Shown: positions 1-12,000 of the stretch, one piece after another | How positions within the stretch are numbered: position 1 is the stretch's first letter | Layout of the letters: every line of letters starts with the position of its first letter | Assembly (NCBI GenBank): GCA_964016885.1 | Contig: OZ024741.1 | Location: 401,884,001-401,948,000, forward strand | Source of the DNA: Eledone cirrhosa | Taxonomy: Eukaryota | Direction: 5' to 3' | Length of the DNA: 64,000 nt | Position numbers and translations under genes: made by a program | The notes under the pieces: model-generated | The model's input: the letters and a program-made list of their open reading frames with translations, nothing else | What the model was told of the DNA's origin: nothing | Databases searched by the model: none

Positions 1-309
1 GAATTGCAGCCCTGAGATGTGTTACCTGACACTGATGGTCTTTTGGTGGAAACTTTCTCTACCTGGTTATTCAAATCACTTTACTACAGTCAAGGTGTTC
101 CCACACATGGCTAGGTCAGCCCGAACATGAAACCAACATTAGTGTTAGCTGTGTATATACAATTAGTGTATATATATAGTAGTTTGTGCTTTTCATAATT
201 TAGCAAGGTTTTTCTGGTTGGATGCATTTCCTATCACCAACTTTACAGCATGGACTGGGTATATTCTTTATGAGACCAGCACAACCACTATATATATATA
301 TATACATAT

Positions 310-2773
310 ATGACAGATGAAATCTGTGGCTGGAGCAGACCTATAGGCAGGAGGAGAGTAACTTGGTGGTGGAACAGTAAGGTGGAGGAGTCGATCAAGG
401 CCAAAAATCAGGCTTGGAAAGTATGGCGGGATGGGGGAAGTAGAGAACACTATCAAGTGGCCAGGAGGGAAGCTAGGAGACAAGTGTACTTCGCAAAAAG
501 GGAAGCAGAGGAAAGAAAGTTAAAGCATGTTCTACAACGCGAGGACCAAAAACGTGAGGTGTTCAGGATTGCTAGGCAATGTGTCAAGGAAAACAGTGAT
601 ATTGTCGGGGAGAAGTGTGTAATTAACGATGATGGCATACTTGCCATCACCGACGCTGATAAGAAGGTAGCTTGGAAGTGTCACTACGAAAGGCTACTAA
701 ATGAGGAGAATAAATGGAAGAAAGACATTCTCCCCCACATCGACCCAATAGAGGGACCAGCAGTGCAAGTTGAAGGTAGTATAATAAGTAAGGCAATCAA
801 AGATATGAAGACGGGTAAGGTGGCTGGGCCTTCGGAAATTAGTTGCTGAAATGCTGAAAGCATCTGGAATGGTGGAACACACTATGGTCACCCGGATAGT
901 AAACCAAGTCATACAAAATGGTCTTGTACCAAAGGACTGGCGTAGCAGCATCATCATTAACTGCTACAAGGGTAAAGGAGATGCCCTAGATAGGGGAAAC
1001 TATAGAGGCATTAAATTAATTGACCAGGTCATGAAGATCACAGAAAAAGTAATAGCGCAACTAATCAAAGAGCGAATTGATCTAGATGAAATGCAGTTCG
1101 GGTTTGTGTCAGGTAAAAGTACCACAGACGCTCTTTCATTGTATGACAACTACAGGAGAAGTACCTAGCTAAAAGTAAACCCTTATACTTAGCTTTCGTT
1201 GACTTGGAGAAAGCCTTTGACAGAGTCCCCTGTCATTATCTGGTGGGCCCTTAGAAAACTAGGGGTTGATGAATGGCTTGTGAGAGCTATAGAAGCTATG
1301 TATAAAGAAACAGTCAGCAAGGTTAGAGTTAACAACGAATATAGTGAAGAGTTTAGCATAAAAGTTGGTGTTCATCAGGGCTCCGTCCTTAGCCTCCTCA
1401 TATTTATTATCGCCCTCCAAGCTATAACGGAGGAGTTCAAGACCGGCTGCCCATGGGAACTTCTATACGCAGATGATCTAACGCTCATAGCTGAATCAAT
1501 GGCTGAACTAGAGAAGAAATTCCAAACATGGAAGCATGGCCTAGAATCAAAAGGCCTTAAAGTTAACTTGTCTAAGACTAAAGTTCTAATATGTAGGAAG
1601 GAGAATAGGGCACTGGTCCCATCTGGGAAATGGCCATGCTCAGTGTGTAGGAAAGGAGTAGGTAGAAACTCCATTTTATGTCCCAAATGCAAAGTATGGG
1701 TGCATAAAAGATGTAGTGGGATCACAGGTAATCTATCTAAGAATATAGATTTTATATGTGGCCGGTGCTCAGGTGCAATAAGTAGTAGAAATAAGTAGTA
1801 GGATACTAGCTCCTTCCATTGCCAAGATGGTTCTATAGAAATAGTGGACACCTTCTGTTACCTGGGTGACAAAATCAGCAGTGGGGGAGGGTGCTCTGAA
1901 AGTACTGTAGCTAGAGTCAGAACGGGATGGAAAAAGTTCAGAGAGCTTATACCACTATTGGCCACTAAAGGTTTCTCTCTAAAAATGAAAGGCAGGTTGT
2001 ATGATGCCTGCATACGAACAGCAATGTTGCATGGCAGTGAGACATGGGCCTTGTGTGCAGAGGATATACGCAGACTGGAGAGGAACGAAGCTTGCATGCT
2101 CCGTCGGATGTGTAATAGTAATATACGTGAACGGCAAAGCATAAATGAACTAAGTGAGAAATTAGGAATAAGATGAATCAGATGCTGTTTATTCAAGAGA
2201 AGACTACGTTGGTATGGTCACGTGATGCGCATGAAAGACGACAGCTGTATAAAAAAGTGCAGGGCGATCAAAATAGACGGTAGCCACGGAGTAGGCAGAC
2301 CCAGAAAAACCTGGGATGACTTGATAAATTCTAACCTCACACACTTACACCTCTCCAAGACAATGTCACTGACCGAGATCTTTGGCGCTACACAGTCATA
2401 CAGAAGACCCGCCTTGCCTAAGTACAAAGCGAAACCTACAGTCAGTATGCACCTCTTAACCAAAATACACCCCCATCTACACCACCCCTTTCGATGTAAA
2501 GCTATGTTGGTACCACAACATCCAGTCTGAAATAAATGAGGTCGTGTAGGTGTCACGACAAAAAAAACACACAGTCCACGCAGTAATGTGGCCGTGTAGG
2601 TAACACAGTAAAAACCTCCCAGTCCACACTGTAAATGTGGTTGGTGTTAGGAAGGGCATCCAGCCGTAGAAAGCCTGCCGACAGTTCCGAGCAAGACAAC
2701 CAATCTTGCCTCAAGTGGGACAATTCCCATCCAGAACCATGCTAGCGTGGAAGATGGACGTTAAACGATGATG
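310..2773 (+). mobile_element. RTE LINE family 1, 5'-truncated and frameshifted copy
   Basis: ORF fragments nearly identical to the 1076-aa ORF (GPS, NYRGI, QFGF, QGS, YADD, PHD, YLG); 3'UTR ends GACGTTAAAC(GAT)n. Confidence 0.95.
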
Positions 2774-2836
2774 ATATATATATATACGTATATGATACAT
2801 AGATATATATTTAGACATATATAAATATATATATTC

Positions 2837-2881
<45 letters not shown>

Positions 2882-3258
2882 GATAAATATATGTATATGT
2901 GTGTATATATATATGTATATATACACATACTTATTTTATGTGTATATATATATACATATATATACACACACGTATACATATATTTATCTATATTATGTAT
3001 ATATATATATATACATATTTATATATGTCTAAATATATATCTATGTATCTACATTTCAATCATATCTTATTTTGTTTGACCCGTTTAGCTTGTTCGCTTT
3101 TTGGGCTCTGGTGGTTAATGGCTTCTTAACCATCGTCTCAGTTTGTATGACCATTTTAACTTATGTTTATAGCTCTGGTATCTTCATATCCATGGAGCGC
3201 TTGTCTGCACAATACGGAAGTTGCGTTTCGCTAAAAATTATATTTGTATTTATGTATA

Positions 3259-3289
<31 letters not shown>

Positions 3290-3290
<1 letters not shown>

Positions 3291-4000
3291 GCATAAGCTG
3301 TGCCACTCACGTAAACAGCAAAGTTGACATGACCCGCAGAATGTGTTCCTGGATTTTCAGAACTTTGCAGTCGAGAGATATCGACACTGTTATCCTTCTC
3401 TTCTCCACTTTTGCCCGACCCCACCTTGAATACTGTTGTCCACTGTGGTCTCCCCAGACAAAACAAAGTATTATGAAGATTGAAGCACTTCAAAGGTCAA
3501 TTACAAAAAAGATAGATGGCATGACAGGTCTTGATTATTGGAGTCGATTAGAAAAGCTCAACCTTTATTCTCTCCAACGTCACCATAGCGCTACATCATC
3601 TGCATGATGTGGAAAATATTTCATCAGTATTGCCCAAATGATGTTGGCATTACTTTTAATGTACACTTAAGTCTTCTGCCCTGTGCTATCCGCCCACAAC
3701 AAAAATCACACTCGCATCTCATAACAACAATACGGTACAATTATTTCACCTCAATTGGCCCCACTCTCTTTAAACAATACACCAAAACACATTAAAACAA
3801 AAACAGACTCCATAAAGTTCAAGAAGTCTTTGGACAAATTCCTTCAAGAAATCCCTCCTACACTGGGATATGTCTCCGTAAACAATAACTCTCTACTTGA
3901 GTGGGCTGTGGAGCCCAAATCCTAATTTGAAAGACTTCGCCAGATGGTGCTACTAAGTTAGACATGGCCTGGGCCAATACTGGCCGAAACCTTTCAAAGT
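3290..4000 (+). mobile_element. CR1/L2-group LINE 3' fragment (second family); shorter piece at about 6040-6200
   Basis: RPHLEYCCPLWSP..IEALQR..TK.I.G...YW.RL..L.LYSL is a typical CR1-group ORF2 C-terminus. Confidence 0.8.
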
Positions 4001-4031
4001 TATAATATAAATAAATATATATATGTATATA

Positions 4032-4494
4032 TGTAGCAATATCTGTCCACGCCTTGAACCCTGAGTGACACCTAAAAGTCAAATTCTAGGTCACCATCCT
4101 TTCCGGCGTGGACAGGTTGATGCATGGGCGATCCCTCGAGGCGGGAGACAGAAGACGACAGGTATAAAAAGCCTGTGTCATCCCACGTCTAACACACAGA
4201 AAGATCGGAGCAGTATGCTATAGACAAGCTATGTAAAGATTCACTGCTACCTACAGGCTGCTGAGGTCTACAGACAACCACAGACCATTACTCCCTCTCT
4301 CCTGGTCTCAGACTACACCAACCTCATCAACCAACAAAATAACATTGTCAACCTTTGCGACTCGTGGTAACTTATTTCTAGTTCTTTTTGACTGAAGTGA
4401 AGTAAACCTTTCCATATATAAAATAAATCAGCTATTCTTGTTATTTCATCTAACAACCACTACTAATACCTTTCGTTACCTTGGTGACCCAGAC
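4032..4494 (+). mobile_element. probable LTR plus tRNA-Trp primer-binding site (Gypsy-like remnant)
   Basis: Starts TGTAGCAA, TATAAAAA near 4163, AATAAA near 4422, ends TTCGTTACC, then TGGTGACCCAGAC (12/13 match to the complement of the tRNA-Trp 3' end, TGGTGACCCCGAC). No gag/pol recognised. Confidence 0.5.
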
Positions 4495-5540
4495 CCAGGA
4501 ACGAACAGGTTGCTTCTAAAAAAAAAAAAATACGAAGTGGTATTTTAAAAAAGAAAACCACACGCAACCTTTCTTCACATAGCTTCCATTGACAACATCA
4601 ACTTTCTCAGCAATCTATAATTACCAAGCTTCTCATCTATATGGTACGATATGGTAAAACTTCACTTCTTCAAATTTTTCACCAAACTTCGACTCTACGG
4701 AATATTTACAGTGACTTCACTTCGATAGTAACAGCAACAACTCTACTAGCTTCCTAGTAAGAACGATAACACGCTTATCACAAAGAAAAATTGAACTTTT
4801 TGTTAAAAAAAATCATTTCTTCCTTTTTTACAATGTTCAAACATTTATTTCTTTTAAACTGTATATATGAACATTCATTTTTTTTTAATCATTGTATATA
4901 TGACTGCATACGCACACGCATTTCTTTGTCACACACCAACATGTTGTTGTCTATGGTATGTTCTTGATTAGGTGGGGATTCTGCGAGATCACTTTTCACC
5001 TGGTTGAGGTACGGTACAACTATAAAACACAAGAAACACCCACACTGGGACTACTCGCCTGGACTCACTCAGGCACGCAACTCAAAATTGCACACACTCA
5101 TGTCATAGCGTAAACGTCGACTCACTGGAAAAGCATCTTACGTGTGATAATACATCCAGAGAAATAGTTCTCTGTATCATATCATAATCCGATACCGCAA
5201 ACCCAAACGTTCAGCCATACACAACAGTTCGAAATACATGATCACAACTCTGTATATTTACTTTCTTCTAAATGTTACACACACATGCATAGTTATACAA
5301 TTTTTTTTTTCTCTCTCCAAATTTCTCTGCACTCGAAATGCAGGCGCAGTAACCACATTTTGTGTTTTGGGACACGCTTCTGGAATCAGACAGAGATGCC
5401 ATAACGTGTCTGATGACCGATCCAGACGTATAATAATATTGTCTGTGATCCAGAAACCTTTGGTAATGGAGTAGTTATATTTTGTGTTCACTTTCTAATT
5501 AAATAACTGTTCTATACATAGAGCACTCTTTTTACCTAAC

Positions 5541-6008
5541 ATCATCATCAACGTTTAACGTCCGTTCCACGCTTGCATGGGTTTGGACGGGGGTTTTCCC
5601 ACTTGGGCAAAAGTGATTTTCTTGCTCGCATAGGACTGTCTGGCAGGTTTTCTACAGTTGGATGCCCTTCCTAACACCAACCACATTTACAGTGTGGGTC
5701 TGGGAGGTTTTTACCGTGTTGCCTACACGGCCACATTACAGCGTGGACTGTGTTTTTTTGTCGTGACACCTACACGATCTCATTTGTTTCGGCCTGGATG
5801 GTGTGGCACCAACATAACTTTACATAGAAGGGGGCGGTGTGGATGGGGTAGGGGTGGTGGGACGGGGGTGTATTTTGTTAGGGATGCCTACTGACTGTAG
5901 TAGGTTTTACTTTGTATTTAGGTAAGGCGGGTCTTCTCTATTACTGAGTACCGCCAAAGGTCTCGGTCCAGTGACATTGTCTTGGTGAGGTGTAAGCGTG
6001 TGAGGTCG
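5541..6008 (-). mobile_element. RTE family 1 3' end (last codons plus 3'UTR)
   Basis: Near-identical to 8318-8795. Confidence 0.9.
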
Positions 6009-6242
6009 ATATATATATATATATATATTTATATGTATAACTGGCTCCGCTCTTTAACATTACCACAAAACACATTAAAACAAACATCCCATAAAATTAA
6101 AAAAGACTTTCAACAAATTCTTCCATGAAATCCCGGATATGTCTCCCTAAACAATAACCCTCTACTTGAATGGTATCCAAATCCTGATTTGAAAGAGTTA
6201 TTTGTATATATTTATATTTATGTATATATATATATATATATA

Positions 6243-6606
6243 CAATTACACCTCTCAAAGGCGATGACACACGACCGTGACCTCCCACGGGTACAAGCTG
6301 AAGCATATAGACAATATGCCCCCACCCCCTCCTACTGCAAAGTGGTCGTGGAGGTGCCACGGCAAAAAAGCACCCAGCCCACACTGTAAAGTGGACGTGT
6401 AGGCGCCACGAAAAAAAGCACCCAGCACTCACTGTAAATGAGGTTGGTGTTAGGAAGGGCATCCAGCTGTAAAAATCAAGCCAAAATCAGTTCCTGTATG
6501 AGCAAGGCATGGTCAGCCGACCAGACACTGCCCACAACAGAACCCGTCTAACCCATGCTAGCATGGAAGAACGGACGTGAAACGGTGGTGGTGGTGATGA
6601 TGATGA
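6243..6606 (+). mobile_element. RTE-related 3'-end element (QLHLSKAMTHDRDL plus SINE-type tail)
   Basis: GGTTGGTGTTAGGAAGGGCATCCAGC motif and (GAT)n end. Confidence 0.8.
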
Positions 6607-6744
6607 TATATATATATATGTGTGTGTGTATGTATATATACACACATAAATATATACTATATACATGTTAACTTAACTTAAATATGCACATATCATTATT
6701 ACTTTCAAAGTAAAGGATGTCATGAATGATACAAAATCAATCAT

Positions 6745-7047
6745 ATGCCTTGCTCATATGGGAACTGATTCTGGCTTGATTTCTACAGCTGGATGCCCTT
6801 CCTAACACCAACCTCATTTACAGTGAGTGCTGGGTGCTTTTTTTTCCGTGGTGCCTACACATCCATTTTACAGTGTGGGCTGGGTACTTTTTTGCCGTGG
6901 CACCTCCACGACCACTTTGCAGTGGGAGGGTGTGGGGGCATATTGTCTATATGCTTCAGCTTGTACCCATGGGGTGGTCGGATCTTCTGTATTACTGCGC
7001 GACGCCAGAGGTCACGGTCGTGTCATCAGCTTTGAGAGGTGTAATTG
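6745..7047 (-). mobile_element. inverted copy of the 6243-6606 element
   Basis: Reverse complement matches and starts at the same CAATTACACCTCTCAAAG. Confidence 0.8.
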
Positions 7048-7290
7048 GATATATATATACACACTTCAGTGGACGTTAAACAGTGATGATGATGATATAT
7101 ATATATATATATATATATATACTGAAGATACATATACATACACAAGTATAGACATATATATGAGGAAGTCCAACGGATACCAATAAATCCTGAGGTTTGA
7201 TCAATGAGACTGCAGTAGGAACACTAAGTAAATAGTTAAATATTTCTTTATCTTAATTGTGTTTCCCATATATATATATATATATATATA

Positions 7291-8269
7291 TATGGGAACT
7301 TCTCTATTCTGATGATCTGGTTCTTATAGCAGAATCAGTAGAGGAGCTAGAGAAGAAATTCTGGCTATGGAAACAGCAGTTGGAATCAAGAGAACTTGAG
7401 AGTGAACCTAGCTAAGACAAAAGTGTTGATAAGTAGAAAAGAGGATAAAACTCTGGTTCCATCAGGGAAATGGCCATGTTCGATATGTAGAAAAGCAACT
7501 GGCATAAATTCTATAAAATGTACGCAATGCAGGTCTTGGGCACACAAGAGATGTAGTGGGATAGCAGGCAAACTAACAGGTAGGGAGAACTACTATGCAG
7601 TAGATGTACAGGGAAAGTTAACAGTAGTAATAGACACATCTTTCAAATGCAGGTGGGTTCTATAGAAGTGGTTGATAGCTTCCGGTACCTAGGTGATCAG
7701 ATTAGCATCGGAAGGGGTGTTCCAAGGCCATAGTATCTAGAATAAGGACAGGTTGGAAGAAGTTTAGGGAGCTGCTTCCTCTGTTGACGAAGAAGGGTTT
7801 CTCCCTGCGTGCGAAAGGCCAGTTATATGATGCCTGTGTGAGATGCGCGATGCTGCATTGTAATGAGACATGGGCAGCAACTGCAGAGGATTTATGACGG
7901 CTGGAGAGAAATGAAGCAAGCATGCTCTGTTGGATGTGCAATGTCAATGTGCGTGAACGACCAAGCATAGATGAGTTGAGAGAAACTGGGTATAAGAGGG
8001 ATAAGTTGTGGTGTGCAGGAGAGAAGACTAAGATCGTATGGATATGTGATGCACATGGAGGATGACCGCTGGGTAAAGAAATGCCAAGAAATCCCAGTAG
8101 AAGGAAGACCACGACAAACATGGGCGGTTGTGGTGAGAGCAGACCTCAGATCGCTGAAACTCACCGAGGAGATGACAAAGGACCGTGACAAGTGGAGAGA
8201 TGCTGTGCTGAATAGGATCTGTCCCACCCTTGCAAGCTGGGAAAAGCGGACATCTGATGATGATGATGA

Positions 8270-8272
<3 letters not shown>
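7291..8272 (+). mobile_element. RTE LINE family 2, 5'-truncated and decayed
   Basis: WELLYSDDL..KTK..WPCSICRK..C..C..WAHKRC..YLG..ERRLR; ends ccttgcaagctgggaaaagcggac(GAT)n with almost no 3'UTR. Confidence 0.9.
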
Positions 8273-8317
<45 letters not shown>

Positions 8318-8319
<2 letters not shown>

Positions 8320-11300
8320 TCATCATCATCATCATCAGCGTTTAACGTCCGTGTTCCACGCTTGCATGGGTTTGGACGGGGGTAGTCCCACTTGAGGCAA
8401 GAGTGATTGTCTTGCTCGCATAGGACTGTCTGGCAGGTTTTCTACAGTTGGATGCCCTTCCTAACACCAACCACATTTACAGTGTGGGTCTGGGAGGTTT
8501 TTACCGTGTTGCCTACACGGCCACATTACAGCGTGGACTGTGTGTTTTTTTGTCGTGACACCTACACGATCTCATTTGTTTCGGCCTCGATGGCGCGGCA
8601 CCAACATAACTTTACATAGAACGGGGTGGTGTGGATCGGGTGGGGGTGGTGGGACGGGGTGTATTTGTTAGAGATGCCTACTGGCTGGAGTAGGTTTTAC
8701 TATATATTTAGGTAAGGCGGGTCTTCTCTGTTACTGAGTACCGCCAAAGGTCTCGGTCCAGTGACATTGTCTTGGAGAGGTGTAAGTGTGTGATGTCGGA
8801 GTTTATCAGCTCGTCCCAGGTTTTTCTAGGTCTGCCTATTCCGTGACTACCGTCTATCTTTATTGCCCTGCACTTTGTTATACAGCTATCGACTTTCATG
8901 CGCATCACGTGTCCATACCAACGTAGCCTTCTCTCGAGTAAACAACATCTGATCCCTCTTATCTCTAATTTATTCCTTAGATCGTTTATGCTTTGCCGTT
9001 CACGTATATTACTGTTACACATCCAGCGGAGCATGCAAGCTTCGTTCCTCTCTAGTCTGCGTATATCCTCTGCACACAATGCCCAGGTCTCACTGCCATG
9101 CAGCATTGCTGTTCGTATGCAGGCATCGTACAACCTGCCTTTCATTTTTAGTGAGAACCCTTTAGCAGCTAATAGTGGTATAAGCTCTCTGAACTTTTTC
9201 CAACCAGTTCTGACTCTAGCTACAGTACTTTCAGAGCACCCTCCCCCACTGCTGATTTTATCGCCCAGGTAACGGAAGCTGTCCACTATTTCTATAGAAC
9301 CCTCTGCGCAATTGAAAGAGCTAGTAGTTTGTGGGCACTTGCTGCTACTTATTGCACCAGAGCACCGGCCACATGTAAAATCTATGTTCTTAGTTAGCCT
9401 ACCTGTGATCCCACTACATCTTTTATGCACCCATACTTTGCATTTAGGACATAAAATGGAGTTTCTACCTACGCCTTTCCTACACACCGAGCACGACCAT
9501 TTCCCAGAAGGGACCGCCGCCTTGTTTTCTTTCCTACAAACTAGTACTTTGGTCTTAGCCAGGTTAATTTTAAGTCCTTTTGACTCTAGGCCGTGCTTCC
9601 ATGTTTGGAATTTCTTCTCTAGCTCGGCCATTGATTCCGCTATGAGTGTCAGGTCGTCTGCGTATAGGAGTTCCCATGGGCAGCCTGTCTTGAACTCCTC
9701 TGTTATGGCCTGAAGGGCAATAATAAATAGTAGTGGACTGAGAACAGAGCCCTGATGGACGCCGACTTTTACGCTAAACTCTTCACTATATTCGTTGTTA
9801 ATTCTAACCTTGCTGACTGTTTCTTTATACATGGCTTGTATAGCCCTCACAAGCCATTCGTCAACGCCTAGTTTTCTAAGAGCCCACCAGATAATGGAGC
9901 GGGGGACTCTGTCGAAGGCTTTCTCCAAGTCGACAAAAGCTAAGTAGAGGGGTTTACCTTTAGCTAGGTACTTCTCTTGTAGTTGTCGTACTATGAAAAG
10001 AGCGTCTGTGGTACTTTTGCCTGACACAAACCCGAACTGCATTTCATCTAGGTCAATTCTCTCTCTGATTAGCTGCGCTATTACTCTTTCCGTGACCTTC
10101 ATGACCTGGTCGATTAATTTAATGCCTCTATAGTTACTCCTATCTAGGGCGTCTCCTTTACCCTTATAACAGTTAACGATGATGCTGCTATGCCAGTCCT
10201 TCGGAACAACCCCGTTTTGTACGACTTGGTTAACTATGCGGGTGACCATGGTGTGTCCCACCGTGCCAGATGCCTTCAGCATCTCAGCAACTATTTCCGA
10301 AGGCCCAGCCGCCTTACCAGTCTTCATATCCTTGATTGCCTTACTTATTATACTCCCCTCGACTAACACTGCTGGTCCCTCTATTGGGTCGATATGGGGG
10401 AGACTGCCTTTCTCCCAATTATTCTCCTCATTTAGAAGCCTTTCATAGTGACACTTCCAAGCTACCTTCTTATCAGCGTCGGTGATGGCAAGTGTGCCAT
10501 CGTCGTTTAGTACACACTTCTCCCCGACAATATCACGGTTTTCCTTGACGCATTGCCTAGCAATCCTGAACACCTCACGTTTTTGGTCATCGCGTTGTAG
10601 AACATGCTTGAACTTTCTTTCCTCAGCTTCCCTTCTTGCTAAGTACACTTGTCTCCTAGCTTCCCTCCTGGCCACTTGATAGTCCTCTCTACTTCCCCCA
10701 TCCCGCCATACTTTCCAAGCCTGCTTTTTGGCCTTAATTGACCCCTCCACCTTACTGTTCCACCACCATGTTACTCTCCTCCTGCCTACAGGCCTGCTCC
10801 AGCCACAGACCTCGTCTGTCGCCAACAGCAGGTTTGCTTTCAGAAATTCCCACTCTCCCTCTATATTGTCCGACTCTAAATGTTCTTCCTTACTGTCGAA
10901 AGCATCAAGTAATATGCTTTGAAATTTATTCCTGGCTGTGGGGTCCTTTAACTTCCATATTTTCCTCCTGAGGATAGTCCTCTTCTGTTGTCGAGTACGT
11001 CTCGTCCTGACTATGAGGTCGCTAATTATCAGTCTATGTTGGGAGGTGCATTCTTCATGGGGGAGGGATTTAGTGTTAACAACAGACACTCTGTCACGTC
11101 TTCTGGTAAGGATATAATCTACCTGGCTTGTGTGTTCCCCGGATCTATAGGTGATCAGGTGATTGTCACGTTTTTTGAAGTTAGTGTTACAGATAGTTAG
11201 GTTATTTGCATCACAGAATTCCAGGATTCTGGAGCCTTCCTCATTTCTAGTACCAAACCCATAGCCTCCATGGATTTCGTCGTAGCCGTCACAATGTTGT

Positions 11301-12000
11301 CCAACGTGACCATTTAGGTCGCCTGCGATAATTATATAGTCACTGTCGGATATTTGGGAGGTAGTTAGCATCAGTGTCTCATAGAATCTGTCTTTTATAG
11401 TGCCGGGCAGTCCGGATTGGGGTGCGTACGCAGATATTACTGTCACCGTAGTTCTATTGAGGACAAGTCGTATTTTAATTATTCTGTCGTTCACTCTATT
11501 TACGTCTATTATCTTATCTGCCCACTTTTCTGCTACCATGATTCCTACTCCACCCAGCCCATCGTCGTTTCCCACCCAGAAAAGCTTATAACAACGTTTT
11601 TTACCCTCAATGAACCTAGCAGACCCACCCCTCCACCTGGTCTCTTGAATACAACAAACATCGACCTCCTTACGTTCAAGCATTTCTACAACCTCGTTAG
11701 CGCGACCCTTTAGGGTGCCTACATTTATGGTACCAACTCTGAAGTTTTGGATTGCGTTTGGGGGTTGGGGGCGGTGAGGGGCGGGGGGCGATGGTGTTAT
11801 GTTAGCCGTCCGCGGTCGAAACAATGAGGAGTGCTCGCATTCTCGTCCAAGGGGTGAATTTGTCTTTATCTTTGGCATTGTCGCTGAGCGTCCAGATTTT
11901 TCTCTCTCACCTCCACTCTCCAGGATTCCGCAGTCCATCCATCCATCATATATCGTATATCGAAAGGCAACCAGGCAAGCGATAGTATAGGCCTCTGGAT
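8318..12000 (-). mobile_element. full-length RTE-clade LINE, family 1 (5' boundary approximate)
   Basis: Single intact ORF, about 390-nt 3'UTR, (GAT)n tail abutting (TA)n; no TSD resolved. Confidence 0.95.
8708..11938 (-). CDS. RTE LINE ORF: AP endonuclease + reverse transcriptase with inserted PHD finger (1076 aa)
   Basis: APE motifs (TINV, IQETRW, SAYAPQ, GDLN, QVDYI, SQHR); RT motifs (FVDLEKAFD, QGSVLSP, YADD, FRYLG); C4HC3 finger at 9362-9493; no stops. Confidence 0.97.
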   Translation of the reverse strand: MDCGILESGGEREKSGRSATMPKIKTNSPLGRECEHSSLFRPRTANITPSPPAPHRPQPPNAIQNFRVGTINVGTLKGRANEVVEMLERKEVDVCCIQETRWRGGSARFIEGKKRCYKLFWVGNDDGLGGVGIMVAEKWADKIIDVNRVNDRIIKIRLVLNRTTVTVISAYAPQSGLPGTIKDRFYETLMLTTSQISDSDYIIIAGDLNGHVGQHCDGYDEIHGGYGFGTRNEEGSRILEFCDANNLTICNTNFKKRDNHLITYRSGEHTSQVDYILTRRRDRVSVVNTKSLPHEECTSQHRLIISDLIVRTRRTRQQKRTILRRKIWKLKDPTARNKFQSILLDAFDSKEEHLESDNIEGEWEFLKANLLLATDEVCGWSRPVGRRRVTWWWNSKVEGSIKAKKQAWKVWRDGGSREDYQVARREARRQVYLARREAEERKFKHVLQRDDQKREVFRIARQCVKENRDIVGEKCVLNDDGTLAITDADKKVAWKCHYERLLNEENNWEKGSLPHIDPIEGPAVLVEGSIISKAIKDMKTGKAAGPSEIVAEMLKASGTVGHTMVTRIVNQVVQNGVVPKDWHSSIIVNCYKGKGDALDRSNYRGIKLIDQVMKVTERVIAQLIRERIDLDEMQFGFVSGKSTTDALFIVRQLQEKYLAKGKPLYLAFVDLEKAFDRVPRSIIWWALRKLGVDEWLVRAIQAMYKETVSKVRINNEYSEEFSVKVGVHQGSVLSPLLFIIALQAITEEFKTGCPWELLYADDLTLIAESMAELEKKFQTWKHGLESKGLKINLAKTKVLVCRKENKAAVPSGKWSCSVCRKGVGRNSILCPKCKVWVHKRCSGITGRLTKNIDFTCGRCSGAISSSKCPQTTSSFNCAEGSIEIVDSFRYLGDKISSGGGCSESTVARVRTGWKKFRELIPLLAAKGFSLKMKGRLYDACIRTAMLHGSETWALCAEDIRRLERNEACMLRWMCNSNIRERQSINDLRNKLEIRGIRCCLLERRLRWYGHVMRMKVDSCITKCRAIKIDGSHGIGRPRKTWDELINSDITHLHLSKTMSLDRDLWRYSVTEKTRLT

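Noticed and set aside
2711-3296. Y/I-rich ORFs
   Set aside because: Translation of (TA)n microsatellite.
8898-11990. Numerous plus-strand ORFs of 60-130 aa
   Set aside because: Antisense shadows of the RTE ORF.
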